A DNA stretch of 64,000 bases from Octopus vulgaris (lineage: Eukaryota). The translations under genes were made by a program, and so were the position numbers. Shown here in pieces: positions 13,699 to 28,260 of the stretch. Each line of letters opens with the position of its first letter. The stretch's first letter is position 1. The notes under the pieces were generated by a model. The model did no database searches. It was given only the letters and a program-made list of their open reading frames with translations, and had not been told where the DNA came from. The stretch lies in contig OX597825.1 of the NCBI GenBank assembly GCA_951406725.2, forward strand, positions 56,358,001 to 56,422,000. The letters run 5' to 3'.

Positions 13699-13959
13699 CA
13701 CCACCACCACCATCACCATCATCATCACAATCATTATTATTATTGACAGACATTTCGTTTCAAATATAAAAAGTAATTGCTCCCTGAGTTTGCTATAGTT
13801 TGCTATAGTTTGCTCGATGTTCTATATGTGATAATGAAAGTAATAATTTTCATTTTTCATCTTATTCAAACAGTGGTAGTTATCAAATATTTCGGAAAAT
13901 CTACTCCTCGTTGCAGTTAGATTACTAGATAAGGTTTGTAAGAGAAATTAATTTTTGTT

Positions 13960-14900
13960 CCACCATCTAATGCTAAAAAATAACTTTTCTCCCGGATACG
14001 ATCCTCATAAATATTTCATTTAACGGGGCAAGGCAACCACCCAACAAAACAGAAGAATCTGTAAAGCAAAATATATCAATGGACACACAAGCAATTACAG
14101 AATATGGAAAATATTGCTTAACAGGAAAACCCAGCATGACATAGAACTCGACTGATAACGCAACAGCAGCAGCAGCTGCGACTGCTGCCATAACAGAAGC
14201 AAAACACGCGCACGTATAACGTTGTGGCATAAACATCACTAAAGAAAAGCTATTCCTTGCAAACTATCTTTCAAACAAAAATACACTTGATATGGAATAT
14301 TTTACTGAAAGCGGAAAGACGGCCGTCCTTTTTGCACCGGACATGCGCCGGCCTATCCAAATCTATCACAAAAGAGAAAAGCAACCTACCCTTATGCCAC
14401 GAAAATCACACGAGCTTTGTTGTCTTAACCAAGCATGAGTAACATACACCTCTATCAGATATATTAAAACAAATATCGTTCATTGAAACAGAACAGTTAT
14501 ACGCCATGCGGCAAAATATGTGTTATCTTTAAAACAGAGAATGGGCTAAAGTGCATCGACCTATAAGCTAGATTCGCAATACATTATAAACAAGAGCACA
14601 AGAGTCGCTATCAGAGACATCGGTGATTCTTAGTCAACTTTGTGGCACAGTATTGGTAAACGATCAATGCCAATATAACATATAGCATTATGTGGACGGA
14701 TAGATCCTCCAAAGATATACAATTACTCGTGAACCCGTAATACCATTAAACGATATTCAAATTCTGTCATCTCGTGAGTAGACCTTAAAACTCATCATGT
14801 AAAATGTCTTCTTACTTGGTGTGAAGGAGCAAAACGAAACTTAGATTTATTGGTATTTCTGCACAGAATACCAAGAATGGCAAAATGAACAAGAAAGAAT
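13960..14900 (+). mobile_element. Probable highly decayed Penelope-like remnant
   Basis: Weak similarity of EESVKQ..AITEYGK and downstream sequence to the post-RT region of the Penelope at 48374-48920. No intact motif. Confidence 0.3.
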
Positions 14901-16044
14901 CATCATTGTTGTTGGTCCTAAGGTAACACCAGACACAACTTGTAAAGTGGCAAATGAATTATTCCTGTCGTCATACATAGAAGCGAACCATGTGACCTAA
15001 TAACTTCCACCTCCAACAATATCCAGCGAAGAAAGGGAGACTCGACAGCTACAAGGGAGACAGCTACAACAGCTAGTAATAAACAGTTTCGAAGTATCCC
15101 TCCTTATCAGTAATGCGACATCCATTTATGAGGACAGAGACCAGATGGGAGACCATGAGAGAAAGTAGAATTTCTTAAGAAAGCAAGAAAGACCCAATCG
15201 AAAATTTTTTTAAACTATAATAAATATGAGGGAGGAATAAACTCATCTGAGATAGATACTATCTCCACTGAATAAGAACCCATATCTTTAGAAAGAGAAT
15301 CATTATGCTTTGAGAAAGAATCAATTTTCTCATTCAACGAAATAAGTCCTATGTTTTTATATATTTCTTCCAGCCGTTTTGACAAATATAGAAAATGTTA
15401 TTATTATGGATCTTGTGGTTGTTATTGTTAATAACGACAATAAGGTTCATACAGAAATGGAATCGTGTAACAAATAGAAGGAAAATTGAGAAGATTAAGA
15501 AATGAAAAGATACTAAAATTAAAATATACATCGGTGGGAGGGTGTAAGTATAATGTATGAAGAGGAACCAATCGAATTCTGGAAGTTATTGTGTTTAAAA
15601 TTCTTTCAAGAGTAAAATACCAAAGGATGAGTGATTTAAACTACATGGGAAAAGATTTAAGTAGATATCAAGGCGAGACTCTTCCTTACTTCAGTAAAGC
15701 GGTCACTTACAGAAATTGTGAGTTTTCAATTGCTTAGAAAAGGTGATTGAAGATAAAATTTATTTGGTCACATACATAGACATTGAGACAGATCCTTTCA
15801 ATAATGGAGAAAGAGAGAGTGAAATAAGCAAGAAGCAACACCGGAAATACCTGGTTTCATAGAATGACAATGAAATGAAAATGCAGTAGGAATTGTCAAG
15901 TATCTCCTTATTCATGAGGCTAAACGTGAATGATATCAAACGGATGTTCATCAAAAAGATTTACTAAGTGTAAGCAACAACGTCATCAATAATGGTCTAT
16001 ACCTGGACGCCGTCTCTGTTTCGCCGGTTTAAGTGTTATCGTCA

Positions 16045-16325
16045 TTGTCCTTGTTCTTTAACACCGAATTAGCCCTGATTAATCAATGGCATTGCAGATG
16101 TATTCATTCTGCCTCTGATGCATGTATTCATGTGTGAGTATGTGAGTGTGTGTCTGTGCGTGTGTGTGTGTGTGCGTGTGTGTCGATCCGTGTGTGTGTG
16201 TGTGTGTGTCAAGAATTACATTGTCTAATGTGGCTTTCCATTCTCAAGGCGGGCAGGAGGGTCATTTTGGAAAGCTTTGGCTTTTATTCTAAACATATTA
16301 AGCGACCATGTAGTGGCTTCCTTTT
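16045..16325 (+). repeat. Unclassified interspersed repeat
   Basis: Diverged copies at about 32050-32270 (+) and 18795-18895 (-) share GATTACATT..ATGTG and TTTGGCT..TATT..AGCGACCATGTAG-like blocks. Confidence 0.5.
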
Positions 16326-16865
16326 CCTCCTACCCTATCACACTTGGTGAAATTAATGTGTGATATACAGGAAAAAGGTTGCCCTTCCAATCTCCATTCC
16401 AAGAATTCACTCTCCTGGTGTCGAAGTAGCGGGAAACAGAAATCACAATGTACCAAATTCTTTCACCAGTTAGCACTAATCGATCTATCGATCTGGTACA
16501 CGGAGCTACGTAACATGACAAATCGCAATAATCTTCGTAGATAAGATGAAAGAAAATGGCAAAGAGAACAGATTGCCATGGTGTAGCCGTCGAACTCCAG
16601 TCGAACCAAAACTGCTATTCAACCTCATTTCCTTGACGTGGGTGTTGTAGCTCCTTTACACTCCATTCCCGGTTGGGAGAAGTCAGTAATCAATTAAGTC
16701 GAACCTTGTAATTAAATGGTATCGTCGGTAGCTTATTATATCACTTCTAACAGAATTGAAAGTAAATCTGACTTCGGCGGGATTTGAACACGCGTGGCTA
16801 CCTACAACAAACACAGCAAGTCCATCTCTCGAACGATCATAAATACATACACACAGACATAAATA

Positions 16866-16959
<94 letters not shown>

Positions 16960-16976
16960 CATACATATATATTAAT

Positions 16977-17015
<39 letters not shown>

Positions 17016-19300
17016 AACATATATATATATATAAATGTGTGTGTGTGTGTTTGTATTTGTGTGTGTGTATTTATATATGGATGTATGAATGTATATATAT
17101 ATACATATACATATATTTACATACATATATATATATAAATATTGATATATATATATATATACATATATATACATATAATTCGTTCACGTCTGATATTATA
17201 AATTTGTATTTGCGTATTTAACTGTGTGTATTATGGTGTGAGTTCAAGCGTGTGTGAAATTCTTTAGTTGCTGATCTAAAATAGACGTGTGTGTCTTTTC
17301 GTACCTATATATGTATGTGTTTATATGCATGTACACACACCTACACACACACACACACACACTCACACATATATATATATACATTTATATATATATATAA
17401 TGTATATATTATATACGCTATACACATTTATTGTGTAATTATCGATACATATATAAATATATATGTATAATATATTTATATGTGCGCGCTTGTGTGTGTG
17501 TGTACATACCATCCATGTGTATGTAATTATAAGTCTTTGTCGCAATTGAAGTAATCATCATAATGCAATTACACAATTCCCTTTACAATCTCCCCCGTCT
17601 CCACAATAATATGACGTTAAAATATGGCGACACGAGTCGATTCTTGACTTATAACATTAAAATACATTTATATGTTTTTTGTTTGTTTTTTTATTTTTCC
17701 TTTGTCATTTTGTTTTTATTGTTGATACCGAAATGTCTTGGTTTCCAATTGGAATTGAATTACGAAGACTTCATTCACACAATTCTTTATTTTTATAATT
17801 ATAATGAAGTTATTTTAGTTCAAGTAAAAAGACATATTTCTTGCTTCACTAAAATGTTCTGTGTATTTCCCAGCATGCATCTGTTTTACAGAAAACATAG
17901 TAATATTTATTTGTTATTTTTATACGTTTTTTTTTTCTTTTTCCTTTTAGTATCAAGTTAGAAATTATCTCTTTCGGTTAGTTTCTTCCGTGTTTCGATA
18001 AACATTTATAGAAATTCTTCTGTCGTTTGTGTCTTTCATTCCACTACAGAATTGAAGAATTCTGCTGCACTAAATTTGTTCCAAAACGTACCATTCTATC
18101 TTCTTTCAAATTGACGATTCAAAACAAATTGCTTCAGAGAAAATATTCTTAGACGTCATTGCTTTTTGAAGATGACTTTTTCCGTTTGCTTTGATCTGTG
18201 AAAACTATTCTTGTTTTGAAGACTAATCATGGTTTCTTCGTTGTTGAATTCTTACATTTCTTTGCTTCGTGACCTTAAGGGCAGAAAACTATAATTTTTG
18301 TTGGTGTTGTTCTTGACAATTTGCGTCCGTCACCAAAACATGTAGCTGAGGTTGACAGTACGTGTTAGAAGGAGGTTTTTAATACCAAAATCGGAATTGA
18401 ATTGTAATCAATAACAAATCAACATGGCTTCTATGAAAAGTCGGAGACGCGAGCAGAAGATAAAAGTAACGTGGAAAGAGATAGTGGTACAAATGTAGTT
18501 ATAACGTGACGAGAAGTCCTACTGCATGTCTTTATACAATCATCACCGTGTGTAGGAAGTATACATTAGTTATGCAAGCAGATCACGTAATTGTTCTTTA
18601 TACTGTGTATACTTATCATGTTTGGTGTTGTAGTTGACGGAAACAAAGACGCGCTTTAGGAACGTCTGTAATAATTCAGTCTAATCAGGCTTGTATATGT
18701 CACTAGGGGATAAGAAAAACACTCGTTAATTATAAACTACCAACGCTGCTCACAACAATGAGCTTTACTTATCATATTCAACCCAACATAAATTGGTCGC
18801 TACACTGTTACTTGATCCGGGACAAATAGCAGCCAAATCTCCTTCGAATTATATCTTATCATTTTGATAAAGAAAGACATTTTGAGAACATCTAATTCAT
18901 TATTACTGTGGATGTGAATATGGAAAGTCAAATATAGATAACAGAGGCGGAAGTGAGCTGAGCTAAATACTTTAAGGCATTTTGGCTCGTCCGTCAGACA
19001 CTGCTTAATGTGGCTCTACATATACAGCTTAAACAAAGGGTATATGACACTAGAGGATAAGAAAAACAATCGTTGATTATAAACTACCATCGTTGCTAAT
19101 AACAATGAGTTTTACTTATCATTTGCGTCCCAGCATGGCTATCTTGGGGTTATACAATAACAAATATCATAGTAACTGATAGTCTAAAGATAAGAATCTT
19201 CGATGGCCCGACAGCAGTCCAACAGATTAGTCTGTGATTCCATTAAATCCAAGAAGATGGACAGTTGTAAACAACAATGATGGAAAGCACTGATTTATAA

Positions 19301-19445
19301 TATTGGTTTCAAATTTTGACACAAGACCAGCCGGTTTGTCGGAGGAACTAAGTTGACTACATCGATCCCAGTGTTCAACTGGTACTTATTTTATCGATCC
19401 CGAAATGATGAAAGGCTAAGTCGACCCTGGCGGAACTTGAACTCA
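19301..19445 (-). mobile_element. SINE family A (3' part)
   Basis: Reverse complement of the core: CTGGTACTTATTTTATCGATCCCGAAATGATGAAAGGCTAAGTCGACC. Confidence 0.8.
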
Positions 19446-19672
19446 TTTTCCATAACCGGGCTATTTCGTACTTAAGAGGGTTGTATTTATCTATCTGTCC
19501 ACCTTCATTCTTGACTATTGTGGGTCAATGGGGCATGCAACATCAACTATATGGTATATATGACGCACTTTGTCCACTACCATTACGTCCGGTCCGTTAT
19601 GCCCTACCACCTGATCTGTTTGCATTGGGAAATTCCAGAGGATTTTTCTGGTCTCCTACTCCGCCAGTCTCT
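19446..19672 (-). mobile_element. Internal fragment of the same R4/Dong family as 12762-13378
   Basis: Closely matches 13020-13240 (GTACTTAAGAGGGTTGTATTTATCTATCTGTCCACCTTC...). Confidence 0.8.
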
Positions 19673-22600
19673 TGTAGCATTTCACTTGGCGTGTTAACAA
19701 TTCTGCCAGCTAGCCACCTTTTAACTGATTTATAATATTGACTAAAATATTACTTTGACGGTAATAGATTTATAAGCTTTTTGCTTGATTTGGTTTCTAG
19801 ATGAGATCTTTAACAAAACTGGAATAGAGATAGAGCTGGTAGTAATGATTGCTGCTAATACCAAGGCCATAACGATAAATATCATTTAGTCATATAACGA
19901 TTATACAGATGGGGTGGACAAAAAGGGGTACTGGTTCGGGTTGTGCTTACATTTCTGAATGATGTAACTTCAAAGAATTTTCTCGATAACCTCTCTTTAA
20001 ATAGACTAAGGACAAAGAATTTTAGGTGAAGGATAGAAAACCAAGATATAACTAAAATATCCTCCAGCTAAACAATAAAAGCGAGACCATGAAACGTCCC
20101 GAGGAAAATTGCAAAATATATATTAAGTAAGACGTAAAACGCTAGATATTGCTGCTGCCTTCTGATGTGAGGGCGAGGCTGAGAAATAGGAAAAACTTTT
20201 TCAAAATTGAAAGAAGACATGAAGGACCTTTTCTTCTATGTTTTCTTTCATTCAAACTTACTTTGATGTATTTATTTCAGAGTATAATTAACCAAGGACC
20301 GTGGGTCTGCATTCTGACTGCTGTACGTCATATAACAAGGTAGAGGTGACATAGTTCAATCTCAAATAGCTACATCGAAGAGAAATAGAACAGCTCAGTC
20401 AATAAGCGAAAATATTTTAACGCTCTCCACAAAGAAACAAACTAATTTTTCAATCGCTCGCACACATCTTTACATTTGGTTGAAAGTACAGGGTGGTGCT
20501 GGTGGATGAGCTACAAAAAAATCAGAGAAGACACAAAGAAGTCTGTTGCCTTAGAAGAAAATCTACGGACTTCTATGCAAAACAAGAGAAAAGAAGCTTT
20601 TAATTAAGTCTTAATTGGATATTTATTAAGATGTTATATATAAAATAGTAGATATGAAAAGGTTTGCTTTGATGGTAGAACCCAAAGTTTTTACAGAGAC
20701 TTTAGATGCTATAACATAGATATTCTCTCACCCTCACTATTCCACGGTTGTCTGGGATGATTGAGAACAGATTATATAAATAATGTGAAACTGATTTAGG
20801 GAGTGGTTGGAGGTTTTCTAGGAATAGAGTTACGAGATAAATGAATCAAGTTTACTAGTTATAGCAGGGAAAGACATTAGAGAATTTGATTCCAGCACAC
20901 ACACATGCGCCTATGGTTGTTTCATTCGGTTGTTTCGTTTAATCAAAAGATGGAGGATATTGTTTCGGAAAGAGAGAACTCTAGGTAACTTTGAATGACG
21001 AGATTAGCCGTGCTACCAACCAGATTGGGCCTTGACTCATTTCTTCGATATTTGACACGAAAGCTGCGTTGCTCATTCTGTCGAGTGTGGTCCATGATAC
21101 AAAGGTATATTAACAGTTCGATAGCCCTGTGTAATAGAAATATAATGTAGGAAAACTACTAAACAGTTACCTTTTCTTAAGATTCCGTTCTATTTGGTTC
21201 TTAGGCCCTTACTGCAGAAAAAATATGTACTAACGTTGTTTTTGCTCGGAATATGAAAGATGTCTGCATACGTGAACTTTATTCGATAGCTTCCTCTCAG
21301 CTCATTTCTAAGTGAAATTGGTTGACCTAAATGGCATCTAGACTCAATTCCTACTCATCTACTGTTCTAAGCTGAACGAAATCCTTGATTTCAAAAACCT
21401 AGAAAATACGATTTGTTTTTTTCTGCTCATTGAAGGAGTTGTAGATCACTGACGACTACTTATTAACCGTACCTATTTAATCACTATATACTACCCTTGT
21501 TTACTGTTGAAACCAAAATGTCTGACACTGTGTCAATGAGGTCATCTTAGAGTGCAGATACCATTTTTTTGCGTCCCATAAAAATAAAAAGCCCCAACAA
21601 ACCAAGCTTCCTCAGCAACAGAAGACTCGAGAACCGAATTATATACCAAGTTTGGAAGAATGTATCTCCTTAATACCAATTTACTACGACCCTTCAAAAA
21701 TGCCATCCCATTATGCGTCAAAAATGTATTTATGTAACCAAATAAACTTCACCACCTCGAAGCAACTCCAAACTCATAATGTACTTAAAACTTACCTCTT
21801 CACTGAAGTAATGAAGTGACTCGGCATGATATCTACTTACATATTTTTGCATTTAGTTTAAATCACCCATCCTTGGATATTTTGCTCTTCAATAGAATTT
21901 TAAACATCGTAATTTCCAGAATCCGATTGGTTCTTCTTCATGCTGCTGTATATTTTGATTTTCGAGTATCTTTTTCTCCATTTTTAGTTTTCTCAATGCT
22001 ACTGGCATTTGTCACCCTATTCTTTTTGTACGTGACCATGTTGTCATTATTAACAATAACAACCACAACATGCAAATAACCTTATCTTCTTATTAACTAC
22101 AACAGCTCGGAGGTATATAAAACACATGTCAACATTAAACAGAGGACTTGCTTCGGTCAGTGTGGAGACTGGTTTCTCCTCGAAAGATATTGAAATGACA
22201 TTCTCCTTTTTTTAGTGTACGCAGTGTTGCCGTCATTTGCGATCCAATTCCTTTTCTATGTGACGCTCCCCTCATTGTAATAAGCAACAACAATATATAA
22301 TAATAAACTCTTCTTTATTAGCCTCGAAGGGGTGTAAAAAACATGATAACTTCAACCAAGGATCTTTCAAAATCCTGCCGACATGAGATAGATAAGTTAC
22401 ATAAATATGATTGGACGAATTAAAAATGTATAAAATAAATTTACTGAAACAAATTAGAAAAATATATGATACCGTACAGAAAAAATAAGATGATACATTT
22501 ATATAAAACTTGAAAATTCCATTTGTTTTGTTCAGTGCATTCCGCATTCCTGACCACGCTCCGCTGTGCTACCCACTTGTTCAGAGCTGGTATCTCTAAT

Positions 22601-24544
22601 CTCATGTATGAGAAGTTCTTGTGAGGGGCTCTGTCTCCTGGATCTTTGAAATAGCCTCTCTTATAGTTAAGACATTATTCTGTTCATTCTGTGCGTTGAT
22701 GAAAATGTGATTCCTTTCCTTCCTGATCTGCATTTAGTTTAGATATTTCTTTTACATAATATAAAAATGATTAAAACAAAGTCAAAATGAATTTTGCAAG
22801 TTCTAATGACATCCCAAGGCTAAGAGCCATACTGGAATGTCCCTAGTAGAAGGGTCTGAGACAAAGAGCATGCGATTAAAGATACAAAGGGCACGAGATC
22901 AATGATGCGAAGCTTTTGTTACATCTGTCACATCACCAGGAAGAAGTGAAAAAGAAACTAAACAAATATAAAGAAAGAAAGAAAACGAAAAAGAAAATGA
23001 AGATCAACTGAAACAGGAAAAGGAACAACAATATTCCAGTTTTCAAACTGCCATCAGCAAAAATTCTGGGAGTGCCAAGTGAAATTCCTTTATGCCTAGT
23101 ATAAGAAGAATGAACACAAGTTTCCTTCCTTAATAGATTCGCGTCAGAAGCATCTCGTCATTACTGCATCATTGTACGATGAAGAAGAAATAATAGTTGC
23201 AGATGAAAACCCTGCAAACCATGAAAACACGAAAGGAATTTTTTTTAATATTTAAAAGAAGATCCAACATGAACCAGCGAAAACAAACGAGGAGAAACAA
23301 TGCTAGCTGTCCTTAGAAAAATAACGAAGAAAGTGAAAAGAACCAAAAGGAACCAGGACTCACCGTTCTTCGAAAATCAGACAGATAATTAATGGACAAA
23401 AGTACTCCATTCTTGCGCCATGCACTTTCACAATTTAGGATGATACAAAATAGTTAGGTTCAGAGTATATATTACGTGCAAACGATAGATTATTGGTAAA
23501 ATTAAAATTAAGGCATAAAAGAGAATTCCGCGTGTTTTTCATGCTCCAAATGTCTCAAAAAATCAAATATTTGATTGCACTCATACACAGTTTAAGTAAA
23601 GTTTAAATAAAAGGAACGGTGTTGTGTGCCCTGACTCAACATTGCTAGTAATCTTTCATAACTCACTGCCTTTCAATGATATATTTTAAGTATGTTTACT
23701 TAAAATTTATATATACATACAGGCGTGCGTCCATACAAACATATATAATACATACGCACATGCATACATACTTACATACACACATGCATGTGTACATACA
23801 CACAAGCATACATACATACATACATAACTACATACATACAAACATACAAAACTACATACATACATACATACATACATACATACATACATACATACATACA
23901 TACATACATACATACATACATACATAATACATACATACATACATAAATGCAGTTATTAGAACTTTGGACAGAATGCTTCGTTGTTTTTGATGTGTCTCTC
24001 AGCTTTCTAAGTTCAAATGTCAAATGTCACCGATTTCAACTTTGTCATTGGTTGAAATTGATAAATTATTAACAACGAAAAGTGATGACTTGTTGAAACT
24101 GTACGAATGTTGGACCAGGTACCTTGTCGTAATTGTTCTCTAAGCTTTTTGTGACCTTTTCCCAGCATGGCTATTTGGATAGTATACTTAACCCGTCACC
24201 TACTTTAACACGCCTACCTAGATACATTTTATGCTTTTCGTAAAATCCACTCTGTTGCAAAAAATCTTATCAAGTGTTCAGTTTAAGAACATCTTTCCCC
24301 AGTTTCTACTGCCTACCATTGTCGGTAAGGGGTTATGGGCAGTACTCTCCCTAATGACTAAACGGTAAATAAAAGTAATATAACGCAATCTACACAGCTC
24401 ACACAACTTACACAACACATATATTCTATGCAATCACCATCCAGCACTAACAGAACTAACACACATCTCATACAAAACGTAGAAACACAATTCCCTGACA
24501 TTGAAAGAGAACGATGTGCACAGCATATTTCTACACAACAAAAA

Positions 24545-24960
24545 GCAGAAACGAGAATTTGGCTAGAAAATATGTCTCAAGGCAAACTTTGATCATAGAA
24601 ATATTAATAAAAAGTACCAATACCATAGTAGATGCAGAAGTAGAAATAAGAGAGTTGAACAAACATAGACTTATAAATAGTTGAGACTTATTGAACACAA
24701 CAGAGTACAATACACACACAAATGAAAGAAAATGTTAAGAAGGAATATTGTAGACGCAGTAGATTAACATTTTAGAGAGAGATGAAGGCAAAAACTAAGG
24801 TGATATGAATCAAAACTTTAGATGAGCTAGATACGTAATTATTTGTAGTTATAATCTTCTCAGCTAAATGAATTAGTATGACGAGACAGAGAAATAAAGA
24901 GGACAGTGACCGAATTTTAATACTAAAATAATAACTGAGGCAGAAATATTATATTTATTG
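24545..24960 (+). mobile_element. Very decayed R4/Dong RT fragment
   Basis: Remnants resembling EFGLEKC, IRELN..TYK and MKENVKKEYCRR, collinear with the intact ORF region QFGLDKC..IKELD..YKY..MKERIRRECYRR. Confidence 0.55.
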
Positions 24961-25591
24961 CGAATAGAAAGCAAAAGTAACCTTCTGCAAAGAGAAAAAT
25001 TATTATGAAATATCTATTATAAAAATGTATATTATAAAGCATGTATTCACAGCAAAAATATCTCTCTAAGAAAAAAGTGCAACCAATACAAGATGAAACA
25101 AAACAAAACTATATTCTTTAACTTAAAGATAGGAATAAATATAAAACAGTTTTGAAGAGGAAAGAGAAACTGCGACACACGCACACACACACACACACTT
25201 ACATACATGCTTACATGCATGCATGCATACATACATACATACATACATACATACATACATACATACATACATACATACATACATACATACATACGCATGT
25301 ACGTCTTGCACAGACTTTGGCAATAAAAATTCGTGGAACCCTTCGTAGATCAATAATTCCCTTCGTGGATCAATAATTTACAAAGTCCAGAGAGAAATGT
25401 ATAAAGAAAAATATCAACACTGGCTTCCAGTGTTTTTTCTTGTATATTTTTACTTGTTTCAGTCATTGGACTATGGCCATACTGGAGTACAGCTTTGATT
25501 GGTGTTAGTCTATTAAGCCCATTTCTACCGTACACAGACTGAAAATAACTAAACTACGTACTATATACATTTCGAGGCGTGCATTTAATAC

Positions 25592-25840
25592 GGAGGCACA
25601 TGACCTAGTGGTTAGAGCAGCAGAATCTCCGACCGGGCGATGTGTGTGTTTATGAGCGAAACTCTTAAGCTCCACGAGGCTCCGGCAGAAGGTAATGGCG
25701 AACTTCTGCTGATTCTTTCGCTACAGCTTTCCCTCATTCTGTTCTCTTGCAGCTCACCTGCGAAGGACTAGCGTCCCGTCCAGGTGGGGAACCTATACCC
25801 CAAGGAAACCGGGAAACTGGCCCTATGCTCCACAAGGGGC
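25592..25840 (+). mobile_element. tRNA-derived SINE (family C)
   Basis: Head GGAGGCACATGACCTAGTGGTTAGAGCAG (A box), with a body shared with 57641-57827 (AGCGAAAC..TTAAGCTCCACG..CAGAAGGTAATGGCGAACT). Confidence 0.75.
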
Positions 25841-25944
25841 AAAAAGGATTAAGAAAGATTTAATAAATACAGCACAAAACTAAAACAGGGAATTCTGTTG
25901 CCTAAGCTGTCAGACAAAATCTAGTAGCAATCAAGCTGTCAGAC

Positions 25945-26600
25945 AAAATGCTTAGCGGTATTTCGTCCGGATCTACGTTCTGAGTTCAAATGCAACCGTG
26001 GTCGGCTTTGCCTTTCATCTTTTAGTGACCGATAAAATAGGCAATAATCATATGCTGAGGTCGGTATATTCATTTAGCCCCTCTCCTTAAAGCTGAACCC
26101 TTATGCCTATAGTTGACAGATAATTATCAATATTTTTAAGGCGGCGAGCTGGCAGAATCGCATCAGACAAAACGATTAGTGGCATTCCTTCCGGTCCTAA
26201 TTCTGATAGGGTCGACTTTGCTTTTTATCATTATAGGATCGATAAAATAAGTACCAACACTCTTCTCAAAACTTTGAAGTCTCGTTCCTATATTAGGAAG
26301 AATCATTATGAATATTATTTGATTTAAGAACAAGGCTAGCAATTCTGTAGGAAGGGCATTAATCGATATCATCAACTTCAATAATTGACTGGTACTTTAT
26401 TTTATTGATCCTGAAACCGAATACTGTGACACCTTTTGTCCGAGGTTCTAACTGGCCTACTCATTTCCATCGACTTCAATATTTAACTGACGCTGTATTT
26501 TATCGACCCCTTTCTGTATTGATAAAATCTAGTAGCAATCAAGTACTAGTGTCGTTGTAGTCAACTAAACACCTTCCCTTCAAAATGTCTGGCTTTGTGT
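25945..26600. mobile_element. Cluster of SINE family A copies and fragments in both orientations
   Basis: Copies at about 25945-26120 (+) and 26137-26300 (+), with fragments at 26320-26420 (-) and 26460-26600. Confidence 0.65.
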
Positions 26601-26639
26601 CAAAATTACCGCTAACGACATCTATCTATAGATAATAAT

Positions 26640-27092
26640 CTTTTATCTTTTGTTTCAGTCATTAAACAATGGCCATGTTGGGGCACCGCGTTGGAGAATT
26701 TTAGTCGAATCAATCGATCCCAGTACTATTTTTTAAAGCCTGGTACTTATTTTATCCGCAGCTTTAGACGAACCGCTAAGTTACGTAGACGTAATCACGC
26801 CACACCAGTTGTCAATAGAGGTGGTGGACAAAAACAAGCACACACACACATATATATATATACATATATATAGGGAGAATTCACAAAAAAGCAAAAGACG
26901 AAGACAGGTGGTGTAGACAACAAACAGATATATTAGTATAACGCTCGGGAAGTGAAAAAGTCTTTAACGTTTCGAGCCTATGCTCTTCCACAGAAAGGAA
27001 CACAAAAAGAAACAAGGAGAGAAAATAAAGAAAGAAAATAAAGAATGTGTAATGGCTAGCGATCTAACATAGCGAAATATATACGTACATAA

Positions 27093-27137
<45 letters not shown>

Positions 27138-27292
27138 TACATATACATATACATATACATATACGACGGGTTTCTTTCAGTTTTTGTCCACCAATTCCAC
27201 CCACAAGGCCTTAGTCAACCCAAGGTTATAGTAGAAGACGCTTGCCCATATGGTTGGGAAGCAAAGTGCTTACCACACAGTCACGCCTGTGC
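26640..27292 (-). mobile_element. tRNA-derived CORE-type SINE (family B), interrupted by a nested short element
   Basis: Reverse-complement match to 58793-59180 (head, GTAGACGGAAACTGAAAGAAGCCCGTCG-like block, central TA/TG repeat, ..CCCCAACATGGCCA..ATGACTGAAACAA tail). Confidence 0.75.
26872..27078 (-). mobile_element. Short Penelope-pLTR/retrozyme-like unit with minimal hammerhead motif (26962-26997)
   Basis: Homologous to 43066-43250 and inserted in (TA)n. The minus strand reads cttt-CTGTGGA-A-GAGC atag GCTC-GAAA-CG-TT-aaag. Confidence 0.65.
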
Positions 27293-27839
27293 CTTAAAAT
27301 AACAAACTCCTAAGCAAATGGTGTGATGCTTCTATGAGCTTCTTGTTAGAAACTAATCGTTGTACTTGTTGCTCTGATTGACACTCCCGTTTTTGCTGGT
27401 TGTGGATAGGATAGAGAAGAGTGTGCTTTTGCATATCATTACCCGCTCTTAATAATGAGGACGAGTCAATTTCAATTGCCGACGCAAGAGTTGTGTCTAG
27501 TGTCACTTCAGAATCGATATACGCGGTGGCTTGCTATTGTTGCTTTTCTTTCTTGGGATTCTTCTGTACAGAAAGCTATTAGATAAGTCTGGCCCCCACA
27601 TTGTTGCAGCTGCTCTGTCTATCTTGGATGCTGAGATTCAAGATCTTTCTACCAGCACCCACCAAAAACCCGGTTCTCTTATGTCTTAGAGTGATACGTG
27701 GTTATGAGGACTTGTATGCCCAACATATCCTGTCCAACACATATCGCTAAATATTACAACTGCCTTTACCACGTCTCCATATGCTCCCACAAAGGTGATT
27801 ACAGACCAGGTGTAATGATGGCATAAACTGCTCTCTCTC

Positions 27840-27900
<61 letters not shown>

Positions 27901-27903
<3 letters not shown>

Positions 27904-28170
27904 CTAAAAACAGAAACAATTCCTATCATAGTAGGCGCATTTGATATGATAAAAAAATATTCAGACAAATACATATCAAAAACATCAGGACTTACAAATA
28001 TATATAACATACAGAAAATTGTACTACTGGGCACTGCACATATCCTACGCAAAACGCTTTCAATACAGTAAGCATCAGATCATCACAACAAATCACAACA
28101 CATACCCAAGGCGCACAGAGCTGCGCTCGGCAGTGAAGTGAAAGCATGGTATAAAAATAAAACTACTGAA
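27901..28170 (+). mobile_element. R4/Dong-clade 3' fragment (fourth family)
   Basis: NLKTETIPIIVGAFDMIKK..IQKIVLLGTAHILRKTLSIQ* plus 3'UTR, with (TAA)n upstream and a (TAG)n(TAA)n tail. Confidence 0.85.
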
Positions 28171-28193
28171 TAGTAGTAGTAGTAGTAGTAGTA

Positions 28194-28256
<63 letters not shown>

Positions 28257-28260
28257 GTAT

